This document shows positions 8,387 through 18,900 of a stretch of DNA of 64,000 bases, one piece after another. The notes below the pieces were generated by a model that searched no databases, had not been told where the DNA came from, and worked only from the letters and a program-made list of their open reading frames with translations. Location: positions 64,001-128,000 of IMG/VR virus record IMGVR_UViG_3300021256_002629. One strand, given 5' to 3'. A program made the position numbers and the translations under genes. The DNA comes from a virus (taxonomy: Duplodnaviria; Caudoviricetes). Each line of letters opens with the position of its first letter. Positions within the stretch are counted from its first letter, which is position 1.

Positions 8387-8710
8387 ATGTTTAATGTTAT
8401 AAGTACGTTGAAAGATACAATTATAGACTCTTTCTTAAATAATGAAATGACTGCAGAAGAAAGAAATCATTTTTATAAAGTGTTTTCTTTATTAGCAGAT
8501 AAACTTGTTCAATTACCTATAAAAGAAGTTAATGTAGTAGTTAGTAGGGTAGATGATTCTATTGTATTCGAGATTACTCTTGAAAATGAAACCTTTTTAA
8601 GAGTACAAAAACCCGTAGGATCAGAAGATGAAGATATGATTATATATTATACTTCTGAAAAATCTGGACAACTTCATATAGATGACTTGATTGAAAAATT
8701 TAGTAAATAA
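8387..8710 (+). CDS. Hypothetical protein
   Basis: 107-aa ORF after promoter variant at 8358. Confidence 0.65.
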   Translation: MFNVISTLKDTIIDSFLNNEMTAEERNHFYKVFSLLADKLVQLPIKEVNVVVSRVDDSIVFEITLENETFLRVQKPVGSEDEDMIIYYTSEKSGQLHIDDLIEKFSK

Positions 8711-8791
8711 AATTCGTTAGAGATTTTTTAAAAATGCCGTTTTCTTAGTTTTCGCTTCTTATATTTGAAGATATACATAAAATTAAGATTT

Positions 8792-9319
8792 ATGAAAAAG
8801 ACGATAATTGTTAATTTATTTGCAGGACCTGGAGCAGGAAAAAGTACTGGAGCATCCTATGTATTTTCGAAGCTTAAAATGGAAGGATTTGATGCAGAAT
8901 ATGTGTCAGAATTTGCAAAAGATATGGTCTGGGAAAATAATTCAAAGGCATTTAATTGTCAATTTTATATTACCGGTAATCAAGTCTTCAGAATTTATAA
9001 AGTATATGGAGAAGTAGATGTTATAGTAACAGACAGTCCAATTGCTTTAGGAGTCTTTTATTCGGGACAAGATAAACTCAATCTTGTTATTTTGGAGGAA
9101 TTTAAAAAGTATAATAATTTGAATTTCTTTATCAATCGTAAGAAGAAGTTTAATTCAAATGGAAGAAATCAGACCGAACAAGAATCCATTGATATTGATA
9201 AAGATATTCTCAAATTGCTAAACGATAACAATATAGAGTTTACGAAAGTTGATGGAGATTCTGAAGGATATGATCAGATTATTGAAATTGTCAAAAGTCA
9301 TATTGATAATAAGAAATAA
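8792..9319 (+). CDS. P-loop nucleotide kinase-like (NadR/AAA_28-type) protein
   Basis: GPGAGKS Walker A, VTDSP, GRNQ; ATG at 8792 preferred over the TTG at 8765. Confidence 0.75.
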   Translation: MKKTIIVNLFAGPGAGKSTGASYVFSKLKMEGFDAEYVSEFAKDMVWENNSKAFNCQFYITGNQVFRIYKVYGEVDVIVTDSPIALGVFYSGQDKLNLVILEEFKKYNNLNFFINRKKKFNSNGRNQTEQESIDIDKDILKLLNDNNIEFTKVDGDSEGYDQIIEIVKSHIDNKK

Positions 9320-9443
9320 CTTACTAATATCAATTTTGAATTAGTAAGGCCGTTGTTTGTGTTTTTATTTAATAAACGAAGTATCTTCCTTGTGAAAGGC
9401 GGGTACTTCAATTTTTCTTTAAAATAAAAAAAATTTAATTATT

Positions 9444-10949
9444 ATGATAAATATAAGTGTTGATGAGACTTTAGGAAAGATTGTTATAGTTACGGATGAC
9501 TTAAGTGTTGAATGTTTCCTAAAGAAGAAATTGGAAGAGAAAAAATATCTTCCATGGAAAAAAAGCTACGGAATTACGAATAAAGTAGAAAAAATTTATG
9601 ATAGTAAGAAGAAAGAAAAAGGAATAATCACTTTTCGCTTAGGATTAGGATGGGCAGGATATATACTTACTGTTTTAGGAACTTATATTACTAGAGAAGA
9701 GTATGATAATATTCTGTGTAATATATATTCTGAAAATCCTAGAGACATTCCTTTTCCTGAATTGAGGGACTATCAGAACTCAGACATCTTGCACCTTTTG
9801 AAATTTAAAAGGGGATTAGTAAGTGTGTATACCTCTTATGGAAAAACGCAAAGTATCTCAGTGTTAGCTAATTATTTGCATTCTATTGGTAAAAGAGTTT
9901 TAATAGTAGCCCCTGGGAAAAAAGCTATGGAGGAATTGGTAAAAAGATGCAAGTCACTTTACAATCTAGATATTCCTTCACAAGATCTTAGCATTAATTG
10001 TATTATCACTTCTGGATTATTGAATAGAAATGATATCAAGGATCTGAATGAGAGAGCTAAATTTGAAGCTTTGATGAAAACTTATGATGCAGTTTTAGTG
10101 GACGAGGTTGAATACACTATAAATCCTAGTGGTGAGTACCTATTTTCTACGTTATGTTCTGCAGAGAGATTTTATGCATTTAGTGGAACCGCAGATAAAG
10201 TAGGTGGTGAAATGATCTCTTTTGTAAATGGGTTAAGTGAAGTAGTAATGAACAATAAAGATCTAGTAAAATGGTTCGGTCCAAGCTTAATTCATAGAAT
10301 GCCACTTTCTTCAATTAAGGTGGATTATATAGCAGTACGAACCTCTTGTTTAGATCTTGTTAAATTCGAACCAGATGATTTTAAGACAGATAGCAATATA
10401 TATTTAAACATTATGAATAGAATTTGGACTGACCCTTACGTTTGTAGATTAATAGTCCAAATTGCTAAAAAATATCCAAAATTATTTATTCCAATTAATA
10501 ATCTAACTTCTATATTGACAGAATGGATTGATAATTATTTTATTGGAAAGTTTAGGATCCTTTTGGTTTGTGCAGAAGGATTTATCTATTATGACTTGGA
10601 AGGAAATAAAACTAAATTAAATCTTTCAGAAAGTTGTGAAAAGATAAAGAATAATGAAGTTGATATAATTCCATCTACTTCTTCAGGTTATCGTGCATTA
10701 GATTTCCCTAATCTTGAAAATATTCTTTTGATACAAGGAAAAGTTGCTGGTGTTGTTCTTCAATCTGTAGGCCGTGTCGCTAGAGGAAAACACATGAATA
10801 TAATTACATTAGAAAGTAAGTCTGATAAAAATATTCCAGTGTTTACTAAAGGATGTGCTGAAAGAAATGAGATGATTCATGGATATTATAAGTATTGTGA
10901 AGTAGTAGACAGTGTTATATATGAAGAACAGCTAAATAAAGAAGATTAA
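9444..10949 (+). CDS. Superfamily 2 helicase
   Basis: SYGKT, VDEVE, SGT and QSVGRVAR motifs. Confidence 0.8.
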   Translation: MINISVDETLGKIVIVTDDLSVECFLKKKLEEKKYLPWKKSYGITNKVEKIYDSKKKEKGIITFRLGLGWAGYILTVLGTYITREEYDNILCNIYSENPRDIPFPELRDYQNSDILHLLKFKRGLVSVYTSYGKTQSISVLANYLHSIGKRVLIVAPGKKAMEELVKRCKSLYNLDIPSQDLSINCIITSGLLNRNDIKDLNERAKFEALMKTYDAVLVDEVEYTINPSGEYLFSTLCSAERFYAFSGTADKVGGEMISFVNGLSEVVMNNKDLVKWFGPSLIHRMPLSSIKVDYIAVRTSCLDLVKFEPDDFKTDSNIYLNIMNRIWTDPYVCRLIVQIAKKYPKLFIPINNLTSILTEWIDNYFIGKFRILLVCAEGFIYYDLEGNKTKLNLSESCEKIKNNEVDIIPSTSSGYRALDFPNLENILLIQGKVAGVVLQSVGRVARGKHMNIITLESKSDKNIPVFTKGCAERNEMIHGYYKYCEVVDSVIYEEQLNKED

Positions 10950-11004
10950 AAAAAACAAAAATAAATAAAGAGAGTTTTGTATATTCTCTTTATTTATTTT
11001 TTAA

Positions 11005-11685
11005 TCAACTCCAACTATTCAAGACTTCCGTTACCCATTCTTTAATTTCTTCCAAATCTGTCCCTATCATTCGGGGTTCTATAAATTTGTTTTTCATAGA
11101 CTGAGCTTGACGTACGAATATGCAGTCCGGTACAGTAGGGCCCATTGGAGCAAGTTCTATGGATTTTATTTTAGATGGACCATTTATTTCAATATTCCAA
11201 TAGGCTTTTTGAAAATTAGTAACATGATAATTATTAACTTTATTATCAGCTGCTAAACACTCTTCTACAATACTTAACGCTTTAACTCTTTCTTCTTTTC
11301 CTTTATTATAATAATTAATAGCGGATATAAGGAATTCGTTAATCTTATTTCTTACTTTAAGCTTTAGTTTCTCGCTATTTTTAGCTAATTTGTCAGCATC
11401 AACTTCTAATATAGAAAAATCTTCCATAATTTCAGGAATATTACTCTTCATTGAGATTGTTACATGGCCTCCAACTGACGTAGGCATGATTTTTACCTCG
11501 AAGCCTAAATGCTTTAATGATTTTTCTGTAATAGTTATCGTAAAAAAGCAATTATCTAGAAATGTTGCGTTTTGTGTCGTTATATCTATACTATCTCCGA
11601 GAAATGATTTAGTCGATTCAAATTCCTGCTCTATTGGTGAGTAAATTAGTTTCGATATTAAATCAATTAGTTCTTTTGAAGCCAT
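11005..11685 (-). CDS. Hypothetical protein
   Basis: 226-aa ORF with its own promoter motif on the - strand at 11718-11727. Confidence 0.75.
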   Translation of the reverse strand: MASKELIDLISKLIYSPIEQEFESTKSFLGDSIDITTQNATFLDNCFFTITITEKSLKHLGFEVKIMPTSVGGHVTISMKSNIPEIMEDFSILEVDADKLAKNSEKLKLKVRNKINEFLISAINYYNKGKEERVKALSIVEECLAADNKVNNYHVTNFQKAYWNIEINGPSKIKSIELAPMGPTVPDCIFVRQAQSMKNKFIEPRMIGTDLEEIKEWVTEVLNSWS

Positions 11686-11830
11686 TTTGTTATTATATTT
11701 TAAAGTTAATTTAACTACATATATAAGTAAACTAGACCTGACTACATGTGTAAAATGCCGTATTAAAGCACAAAAAACATTATATATGAAAGAAAAGAGA
11801 GAATGATAAATAAATTAACAAAACACGACA

Positions 11831-13255
11831 ATGAATAATTTTGAGTTACTTTATTCACTTTTTAATCAGTATTTGTTTACGGAAGCAAAGAATAATATTT
11901 TAAACATTAAATATTATTTTGATACAAATCCTTCTACTGCTGGTAATCCATTAGTCGAGAATATGTTAGCAGCTATCAGAGATTATGAGTTTGAAGCTAT
12001 AGCATTTCCATTATTTCAGTCTATTATGATGAAGTGTGGTAAATCTGAAGCTGAGAGTTCTAATATTATGGCCGAGATTATGAAATGGAAGGGGTATTCT
12101 AAGGAACAAATGCTTCCCGCAAAAGATTTCTTAGAAAAAGTCTGTGCTAAAGTAATATTAGATAGAATAGGAAAAGCTTGTGAAGGTTCTCCAATAGAAT
12201 ATATAAAGCAAATAAAGAAATTAGATCTTCAATTATCAACTCCAGACATTTTTAGTACTACGGATTTTGATAAGATTGATATTAATTCTTTAGTGGCTGA
12301 GGCTAATAACGGCTTTATTCCTTCTCACTATTCTTGGATTAATGATACTTTTGCTCCTTATCCTGGTTATGAAAAAGGGCAGATCGTTATAGTATGTGCT
12401 GCTCCAGGAACAGGTAAATCTCTTTTCATGATGTCAGAGGCTCTTCATATGGCTGCTGCTGGTAAAAAGGTTTTGTATGTAGGAATGGGCGATAATAAAC
12501 TTAAAGATTTTGTTATACGTCTTGGAGCAATGTATACAGGCCAGACCTTTGGAGATACTATGAGACATATTGGGGATGTTTATAATTCACTAAAAGCTGT
12601 ACTTAGAGGGAATCTAAAGCTTTCTATCAATCCAGCTGGAAAAGTTTCTGCTGATAAAATTGTAGAACATGTAAAAGCTAATCCGGATCTTGAAGTAGTA
12701 ATTGTTGACTATGATTCAAATATGAAGGGAGTTGATGGCGATAATATGTATTCCTCTTTTGGTTCAGTTTATGAAGAATTAACTGAACTTACTCAATTAA
12801 ATAAGCTAGTGTTTATAGGATCTCAGACTAAAACGGATTCTTGGGACAAAGAGGTTATTAATATGCGAGATGTAGGTGAATCAAGTCGTAAGCAGCATTC
12901 AGCAGATATGATTATTGGTATTGGAAAAGTTATAAGCTGTCCTAATCATGTTCATTGTTTTAATATATCTAAGAACCGACGAGGAGAGCTTGATGTTAAG
13001 TCTTATAGTATTCGTCTCGGTAATGGTAGATTTTTTCCTATTTGTAAAGCTTTGTATGACGAGCTTAAAACAAAACAAGAAAAAATAAATTATACAGAAC
13101 AGGAGATTACAATGCTTAATGAACAGTTCCTATCTAGATCACAGAGCATATATAACGCTATTAATAATGCAATTACATCTCCTTCACCCTTAGGTAGTGC
13201 TAATAATATTACTAGACAACAACCAAACGTAAAAAATAATCCGTTTTCTCATTAA
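11831..13255 (+). CDS. dnaB: DnaB-like replicative helicase
   Basis: AAPGTGKS, VIVDY, GSQ, ESSRKQHSAD, KNRRG. Confidence 0.85.
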   Translation: MNNFELLYSLFNQYLFTEAKNNILNIKYYFDTNPSTAGNPLVENMLAAIRDYEFEAIAFPLFQSIMMKCGKSEAESSNIMAEIMKWKGYSKEQMLPAKDFLEKVCAKVILDRIGKACEGSPIEYIKQIKKLDLQLSTPDIFSTTDFDKIDINSLVAEANNGFIPSHYSWINDTFAPYPGYEKGQIVIVCAAPGTGKSLFMMSEALHMAAAGKKVLYVGMGDNKLKDFVIRLGAMYTGQTFGDTMRHIGDVYNSLKAVLRGNLKLSINPAGKVSADKIVEHVKANPDLEVVIVDYDSNMKGVDGDNMYSSFGSVYEELTELTQLNKLVFIGSQTKTDSWDKEVINMRDVGESSRKQHSADMIIGIGKVISCPNHVHCFNISKNRRGELDVKSYSIRLGNGRFFPICKALYDELKTKQEKINYTEQEITMLNEQFLSRSQSIYNAINNAITSPSPLGSANNITRQQPNVKNNPFSH

Positions 13256-13260
13256 GATTT

Positions 13261-14079
13261 ATGAATGAATTAAATATAGTGCTTAGTGCAAAGAAGATTC
13301 TATCAGTGAACTCGTTGTATAGTGCAATGATAGTGAATAAGAATGGCAGAGTTTTTCCAACAATCTATAAATCTAAGGAGGCGAAATCTGTAGAAGCTTG
13401 GATAGGAGAACAAATAAAATCCCTAAATATTCAAGATAATTTTCCTTGGATTAAAAAAGATGCGTTATATTCTTATAGTATTAATGTTATCTTTAAAAGC
13501 GGATATTTGTCTAGAGATTTGGATAATACTCTCAAATTAGTGCAGGATGGTATTTTTAGAGCACTTGAGGTTAATGATTCGAGGGTAGTTCAGATATTTG
13601 CGAAGAAGTCTTATATGCCAGGAATTGAAGAAGAAAAAATCTGTATATCATTACGAGAGTTTAGTAATCCTGATGAACTTAAATTTAACTATATTCCAAC
13701 TCCAACTTTAATTTGGACCAATGATAGTAGAGTTAAAGAGTCATTAGGTTTAAATGAGTTAGGAAAGAGGAAATTGAAGAATACTAAATATACAGTTCCT
13801 TCAAAATCTCAGGCTGATACTAAAATTTATTATATTAAAAGCGATGAGATAACCTACAATACCTTTGGTGAAATTTATCTAGACGTTATGGAAAACCTAG
13901 CATCTTCTACTGGACTGGTTTATATTGCCGTAGATGATGCTGTTAAAGACCAAGAAAAAATACAAGCTTTAGAAAATTTTTGCAAAAGGATAAAAGAGAT
14001 GTCTAGTCAGTATTCTGGGATTAGAATTAGACAAGTAGGATCCATTGCTGATATTAAAACTTGGATTGAAGAAAAATGA
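13261..14079 (+). CDS. RusA-like Holliday junction resolvase with C-terminal extension
   Basis: SVNSLY ... RDLDNTLKLVQDG ... NDSRV. Confidence 0.75.
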   Translation: MNELNIVLSAKKILSVNSLYSAMIVNKNGRVFPTIYKSKEAKSVEAWIGEQIKSLNIQDNFPWIKKDALYSYSINVIFKSGYLSRDLDNTLKLVQDGIFRALEVNDSRVVQIFAKKSYMPGIEEEKICISLREFSNPDELKFNYIPTPTLIWTNDSRVKESLGLNELGKRKLKNTKYTVPSKSQADTKIYYIKSDEITYNTFGEIYLDVMENLASSTGLVYIAVDDAVKDQEKIQALENFCKRIKEMSSQYSGIRIRQVGSIADIKTWIEEK

Positions 14080-14486
14080 AAGAGAATAAGGATGAAGAAA
14101 TATTTAGAATTATAGTTTGTGGAAGTAAAGATTTTTGCAATTATGATTTATTGAAAAAGAAATGTGATTATTATATTTCATCTAGACTAGAGAAAGGGAA
14201 TAAAATAGAAATTATATCAGGCGGAGCTAAAGGAGCAGAATCTTTAGGAGAAAAATATGCAAAAGAGAAAGGATATAGTTTTAAAGTTATTCCAATTCAA
14301 TGGGACAAGTATGGAAAACGTGCTGGTTATCTCAGAAATTCAAAAATGGCTGAAATAAGTAATGCCTGTATAGCTTTTCTATGTAAGAATGAAGAAAGTA
14401 AAGCTAAAGGAATAGAAATGATGATAAATATAGCCAGAGAAAAACATCTTTTGGTTAGAGAGGTAATTAGCAAAAATGATAAATAA
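14076..14486 (+). CDS. SLOG/YspA-like (DUF2493) protein
   Basis: IIVCGSKDF, ISGGAKGAE, AGYLRNSKM. Confidence 0.8.
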   Translation: MKENKDEEIFRIIVCGSKDFCNYDLLKKKCDYYISSRLEKGNKIEIISGGAKGAESLGEKYAKEKGYSFKVIPIQWDKYGKRAGYLRNSKMAEISNACIAFLCKNEESKAKGIEMMINIAREKHLLVREVISKNDK

Positions 14487-14501
14487 TATAAAGTGTTTAT
14501 T

Positions 14502-14660
14502 ATGATTGAAGAATATTTATTGAAATTACTAAAAGTGTTATTAGCAGTAGCATTACCATTTATAATGCTGTTGATAATAATTATTACTCTCCCACTATTA
14601 CTACTAAGTCTACCAATAATAGCAGTAGTAAGAGTGACTGGAGAAGGAGAAGATAGTTGA
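14502..14660 (+). CDS. Small membrane protein (52 aa)
   Basis: Read from sequence; long hydrophobic stretch. Confidence 0.45.
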   Translation: MIEEYLLKLLKVLLAVALPFIMLLIIIITLPLLLLSLPIIAVVRVTGEGEDS

Positions 14661-14814
14661 ATTTTAAAGGCGCAAATTCCTAAGAAGGGGTTTGCGTTTT
14701 CTTTTCTCCTAAAACTCTGATTTAATTCTTCAAAATCCTTATTCAAGATAGATATATACATTATCTATTACCGAATAAATTTAATTATAAAATCTAATAA
14801 AAGTATTATTTATT

Positions 14815-15906
14815 ATGATGATTGATGACGATGATTTCTACATGGATGACGACGATGGTGGTGAAGGAAGTTTGCTCATTGTCCCCACAGAAGACGAAGG
14901 TGAAGGTGGAAGTGGAGAAGGCGAGACCCAGGTAGATGATCTAGGTGGAGTAGTAGGTAAAACAGATAAAAATGCATATTCAGAAGATGGTAAAATCTCT
15001 CCGTATAGTGTGGGTTTGATGATTATTTATGATAATATTAGATCACTCGCATCTAAATCAGTGGATTGGGATCAGACTATTTTCGATATAGTTACTCAGG
15101 TACTTACTGCAGACCCATCAAATACTGAAAAAGCCTATATACAGAAAGAAGTTCGAACTCTTCTTAATAGACAAGGTAAAAGCCGAATCTTATCTACTAA
15201 TTATGACCCATCGGGATTAATGACTAGTGAGGATGTCGATGAGGATTATACAAAAACTGGTGAAGGAGCAACGGCATCAGATTTAAGTGAAGATGCTAGA
15301 AATCAAGTGGCTAGATTTATTGATTATTTAGCTAAACGTGATTTGAGCAGAGATAATTTAAGCAATAAGAAACGAAAAAGAAGACATATTCCTGCTTTTA
15401 TTATTTTCTTATTCAGTGCTGGTATGTATGATCTAATAATAAATTGTCCAACTTTGCCTGAACTATATAAGAAGGAAGTTGACAATGCCTTTAAATCTCT
15501 AACTAAATCGAAACTTGATATGGTTGAACTTTTAGCTAGAAGATATGAAGAGAAAGGTCGACCTGCGGTAGCTGAAAGAGTTCGAAAGATGGGAATTTCT
15601 TGGTTTGAAAGAGAACCTTCTGAAATTAGAACCTTAGCTTCTTATCGTGATTTGGACTTGACTTCAGAGGATGTCATGATTTACAAGGAATATAAGAATA
15701 AGTTTTCAAATATTTCAAGAAACATTACTCAAGAGGTTATGTCTAAGCTGATTGCAGTCTATCAAGAGGACGGCACTTTCGAAACATTGAAAGATAAAAC
15801 AAGGCAAGAGGCTGTGGATGAAGTTAAGAGATTATTTACAGAATGGTCTAAAAGTAATCCGATTGATTCTGAAATGGCACGAAATATTATCTGGAAGAAA
15901 ATTTAA
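14815..15906 (+). CDS. Hypothetical protein with acidic N-terminus, upstream of RNAP
   Basis: 363-aa ORF ending 18 nt before beta'. Confidence 0.75.
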   Translation: MMIDDDDFYMDDDDGGEGSLLIVPTEDEGEGGSGEGETQVDDLGGVVGKTDKNAYSEDGKISPYSVGLMIIYDNIRSLASKSVDWDQTIFDIVTQVLTADPSNTEKAYIQKEVRTLLNRQGKSRILSTNYDPSGLMTSEDVDEDYTKTGEGATASDLSEDARNQVARFIDYLAKRDLSRDNLSNKKRKRRHIPAFIIFLFSAGMYDLIINCPTLPELYKKEVDNAFKSLTKSKLDMVELLARRYEEKGRPAVAERVRKMGISWFEREPSEIRTLASYRDLDLTSEDVMIYKEYKNKFSNISRNITQEVMSKLIAVYQEDGTFETLKDKTRQEAVDEVKRLFTEWSKSNPIDSEMARNIIWKKI

Positions 15907-15924
15907 TAAACAATAAAAATTATT

Positions 15925-18900
15925 ATGGCAGTTTCTCTAGAATTACTAACAGATGATGCTATTCTTGACTACACCAGATCAAATGGTGAAGATCATATTA
16001 TTTATGACTGGCATGATGTCGAGTTGATGAAAACTAGCAGCATCCATTGTACGCAAGGAGGTATTTATGATCCTGTAACATTTGGATCTCCTATTGCCGA
16101 TAGATGCGTTTGTGGTAAAATTCGAACTCCTACCCCTTATCCATGTCCAAACTGCGGAACCCGAGTTTTTTCAAAGGAGGAAGCTCTCAGAAGGTTTGGA
16201 AGAATAGAATTGCCCTTTTATTATTTAAATGAGCTTAGATTTGACGTTTTTAAAAATTTATTTGATGATATTTTTAAAGACAGCGTAATAGATCTAAAGT
16301 TCTCTGGAAATTTAAAGGCAGGCGGATATTCGAGTGATAGGGCTGGTAGAAAGTTGGGTATTAAGGTATTTGATTCTTGTCAGTTTGAATATGACGGAAA
16401 GAAGAAAATCCTTACTATCACAGAATTTATTACTGATCTAGATAAGTGTTCTTATGAAGGATTGTATAGTATTATAAACGAGCATTTTCCTTCTAGATTA
16501 CCAGAATATAGACAGTTAATAAATAAATATTATCTAGTTTTACCATCTATCATGAGACCTCCACGGGTATCAAGAGTTAACGGAAAGGCTAAGATGAATG
16601 TTCCTGGACTAAGCCAATGGTATAGTTTGGTTGTTCGTCTTTGCTGTGGAGATTGTGAAGTTGGTAAAAAGAATTTTAATACAGTACTAGATTCTATAGA
16701 TGATGTTGGCGTTAAGGCTAGATATATTGCAATTTTACGAGCTTTCTTGAATTCAGGAAAGAAAATTGCAACTAACCTTCTTAATTCTTCTAAGGAGAAT
16801 TTCGCCAGAGAGGTTTATGCGGTACGAACAAAGAACTCTGCAAGATGTCCAATTGTTCCATCTACAACACTGCCGATAGATGAACTTGGAGTACCTAGAC
16901 ATATTGCTTATGAGATGTGTCGAGAGGGATTCATGAAATACTTAGTTGATGAATTGAATTTCACTCCAAAACAGGCTGAAACTTCAGTTAAGGAAGAAAG
17001 TGATAATGAAGAACTCCAAAAATTGTTTAAGGAGTATGCAGAGAAACAAATCGTGCTAGGGCTTTATGACGATAGAGGCCTCATGGTACGTTAGGTGAAA
17101 ATCCTACGTTAGAGCTGGCTTGATGCTGGTTAATAATGAATTTCGGGAATTGCTGGAAAGAGTCGAATACACTCAATCAGCAGCTAAGACTAAAAGTGAA
17201 GATTAATTAAAACCACTTCTAATATGATAACAAGCAATAGTAATCAATACTTTAATTGCAATCTCAGTGGTACTTCTTCTCCATTCAACAGATCTGAACA
17301 CATGAAACAACTTCACGCTTCTGGTAGATATCTAGGAACGTCAAAGATTGGAATTTGGAATCAGTCTGATGAAAAAAGAGAAAGAATGAAAGAGATTCGT
17401 GAAAGAAATCTCTTAGATAAATCTTCTCATGGATATGGTAGTGAGTATCATATGAGACTTGCTAATAAAACTTTATTACATAACAAATTTCAGGGGAATG
17501 ATGGTTTTTTATACCTACTTGATTTCCCTGATAGTATTAAAGTAGGATTTTCTAAAGATTGGGAAAGAAGAACATCAAGAGAATTATTCCATACTTATTT
17601 AGGAGGAAAAGTTATTTTGATTATTTCAGGACCAACTAGTGAATTAGCAGATTTGGAATTTGATACTATGATTGAATTTCAGAAATATACTAAACTAGAT
17701 CCTACTAATACTAGGTATACTGAATTCTTAGATAAACGTGAAAAAAGAAAGGTATATGATTTTCTTTTAAAGAGTGTACAACAGAATCCAAATTTAAAAT
17801 TAGAAATAAAGAATTCACTTTAGTTTTAGTTCAACGACTATGTACGAAACTTATAAGAATTATAAGAAGATATAGTCTATGCAAGATGGAAACACCTTGA
17901 AAAACAGAGTAAATCGTCAGCCAACACTCCACGAATATGGTATGTTTGCTATGAAAATGAAATTAGTGGATGATTATGCTATTCACTTCCCAATAGCCGT
18001 ATGTCAACCACTTAACGCTAAACAAAAATTGGTGTTATAAAATTCCGTTAAATGCTGGAAAATCTTGTTAAGTCTATAATAGGAGGTTAATATAGGATTT
18101 AGTCACCTATCCTGAAAATTTATAGAATAGAGACAATCAGCAGGTTAGTAAAAATTATGAAATCAATATCTTTTAAAAGATTACTAGAAATCTCAGAAGG
18201 ATCCGCAATGGATAGCTCTGAGGAAGAAGAATTAACTCGTAAAAATGCAGTTTATATAATATATAATGATTTATTAAATAAGATTTATATAGGAGAGACT
18301 GATGACGTTTATATTAGACTATTTTCATTTTGGAAAGAGGATAAAAGACACGTTACTGGTTCAAATGCTCCGATAAATAGAAAATTTAATAGTGATTATG
18401 AAAATACATATTTTAAAGTAGTAGAATATAATTGTAAGAATACGGAAAGAGAGTATTATTGGCATGATTATTATAGAGATAAGTATAATTATGTAATAAT
18501 AAGTCATCCTGGAAGGCATGCATGTACTGAATCTGGAAATAAAGGGCTAAAAGCTATCAATAAAGACGGTATTCAGACTTATGTAAGTCCAAAAGATATT
18601 CAATTATTTTTAAATGATGGGTGGTCTTTAGGTGGGGAAATTTACAGTCTCCAAGAACGGATGATCAAAAATTAAAAATGTCTATTTCTCATTTAAAAAA
18701 GATTCCTTGGAATAAAGGAATAAGTTTAACTGAGGAACAAAAGTCTCATTATAGAGGGATTAAGAAGAACATTATTAACAAAAGAACTTTTTCAGTAGAG
18801 CAATTAAATGTTTTATCAAAGATAAATATTGGTAGAGTTAAAATACATAAAAATTTAATTGAAAAACAGGTTCTAAAAGGTGAAGTAGACTCCTATTTAT

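Noticed and set aside
14327-14761. 144-aa - strand ORF
   Set aside because: It overlaps the SLOG gene and a plausible + strand membrane ORF, and has no recognisable motifs.
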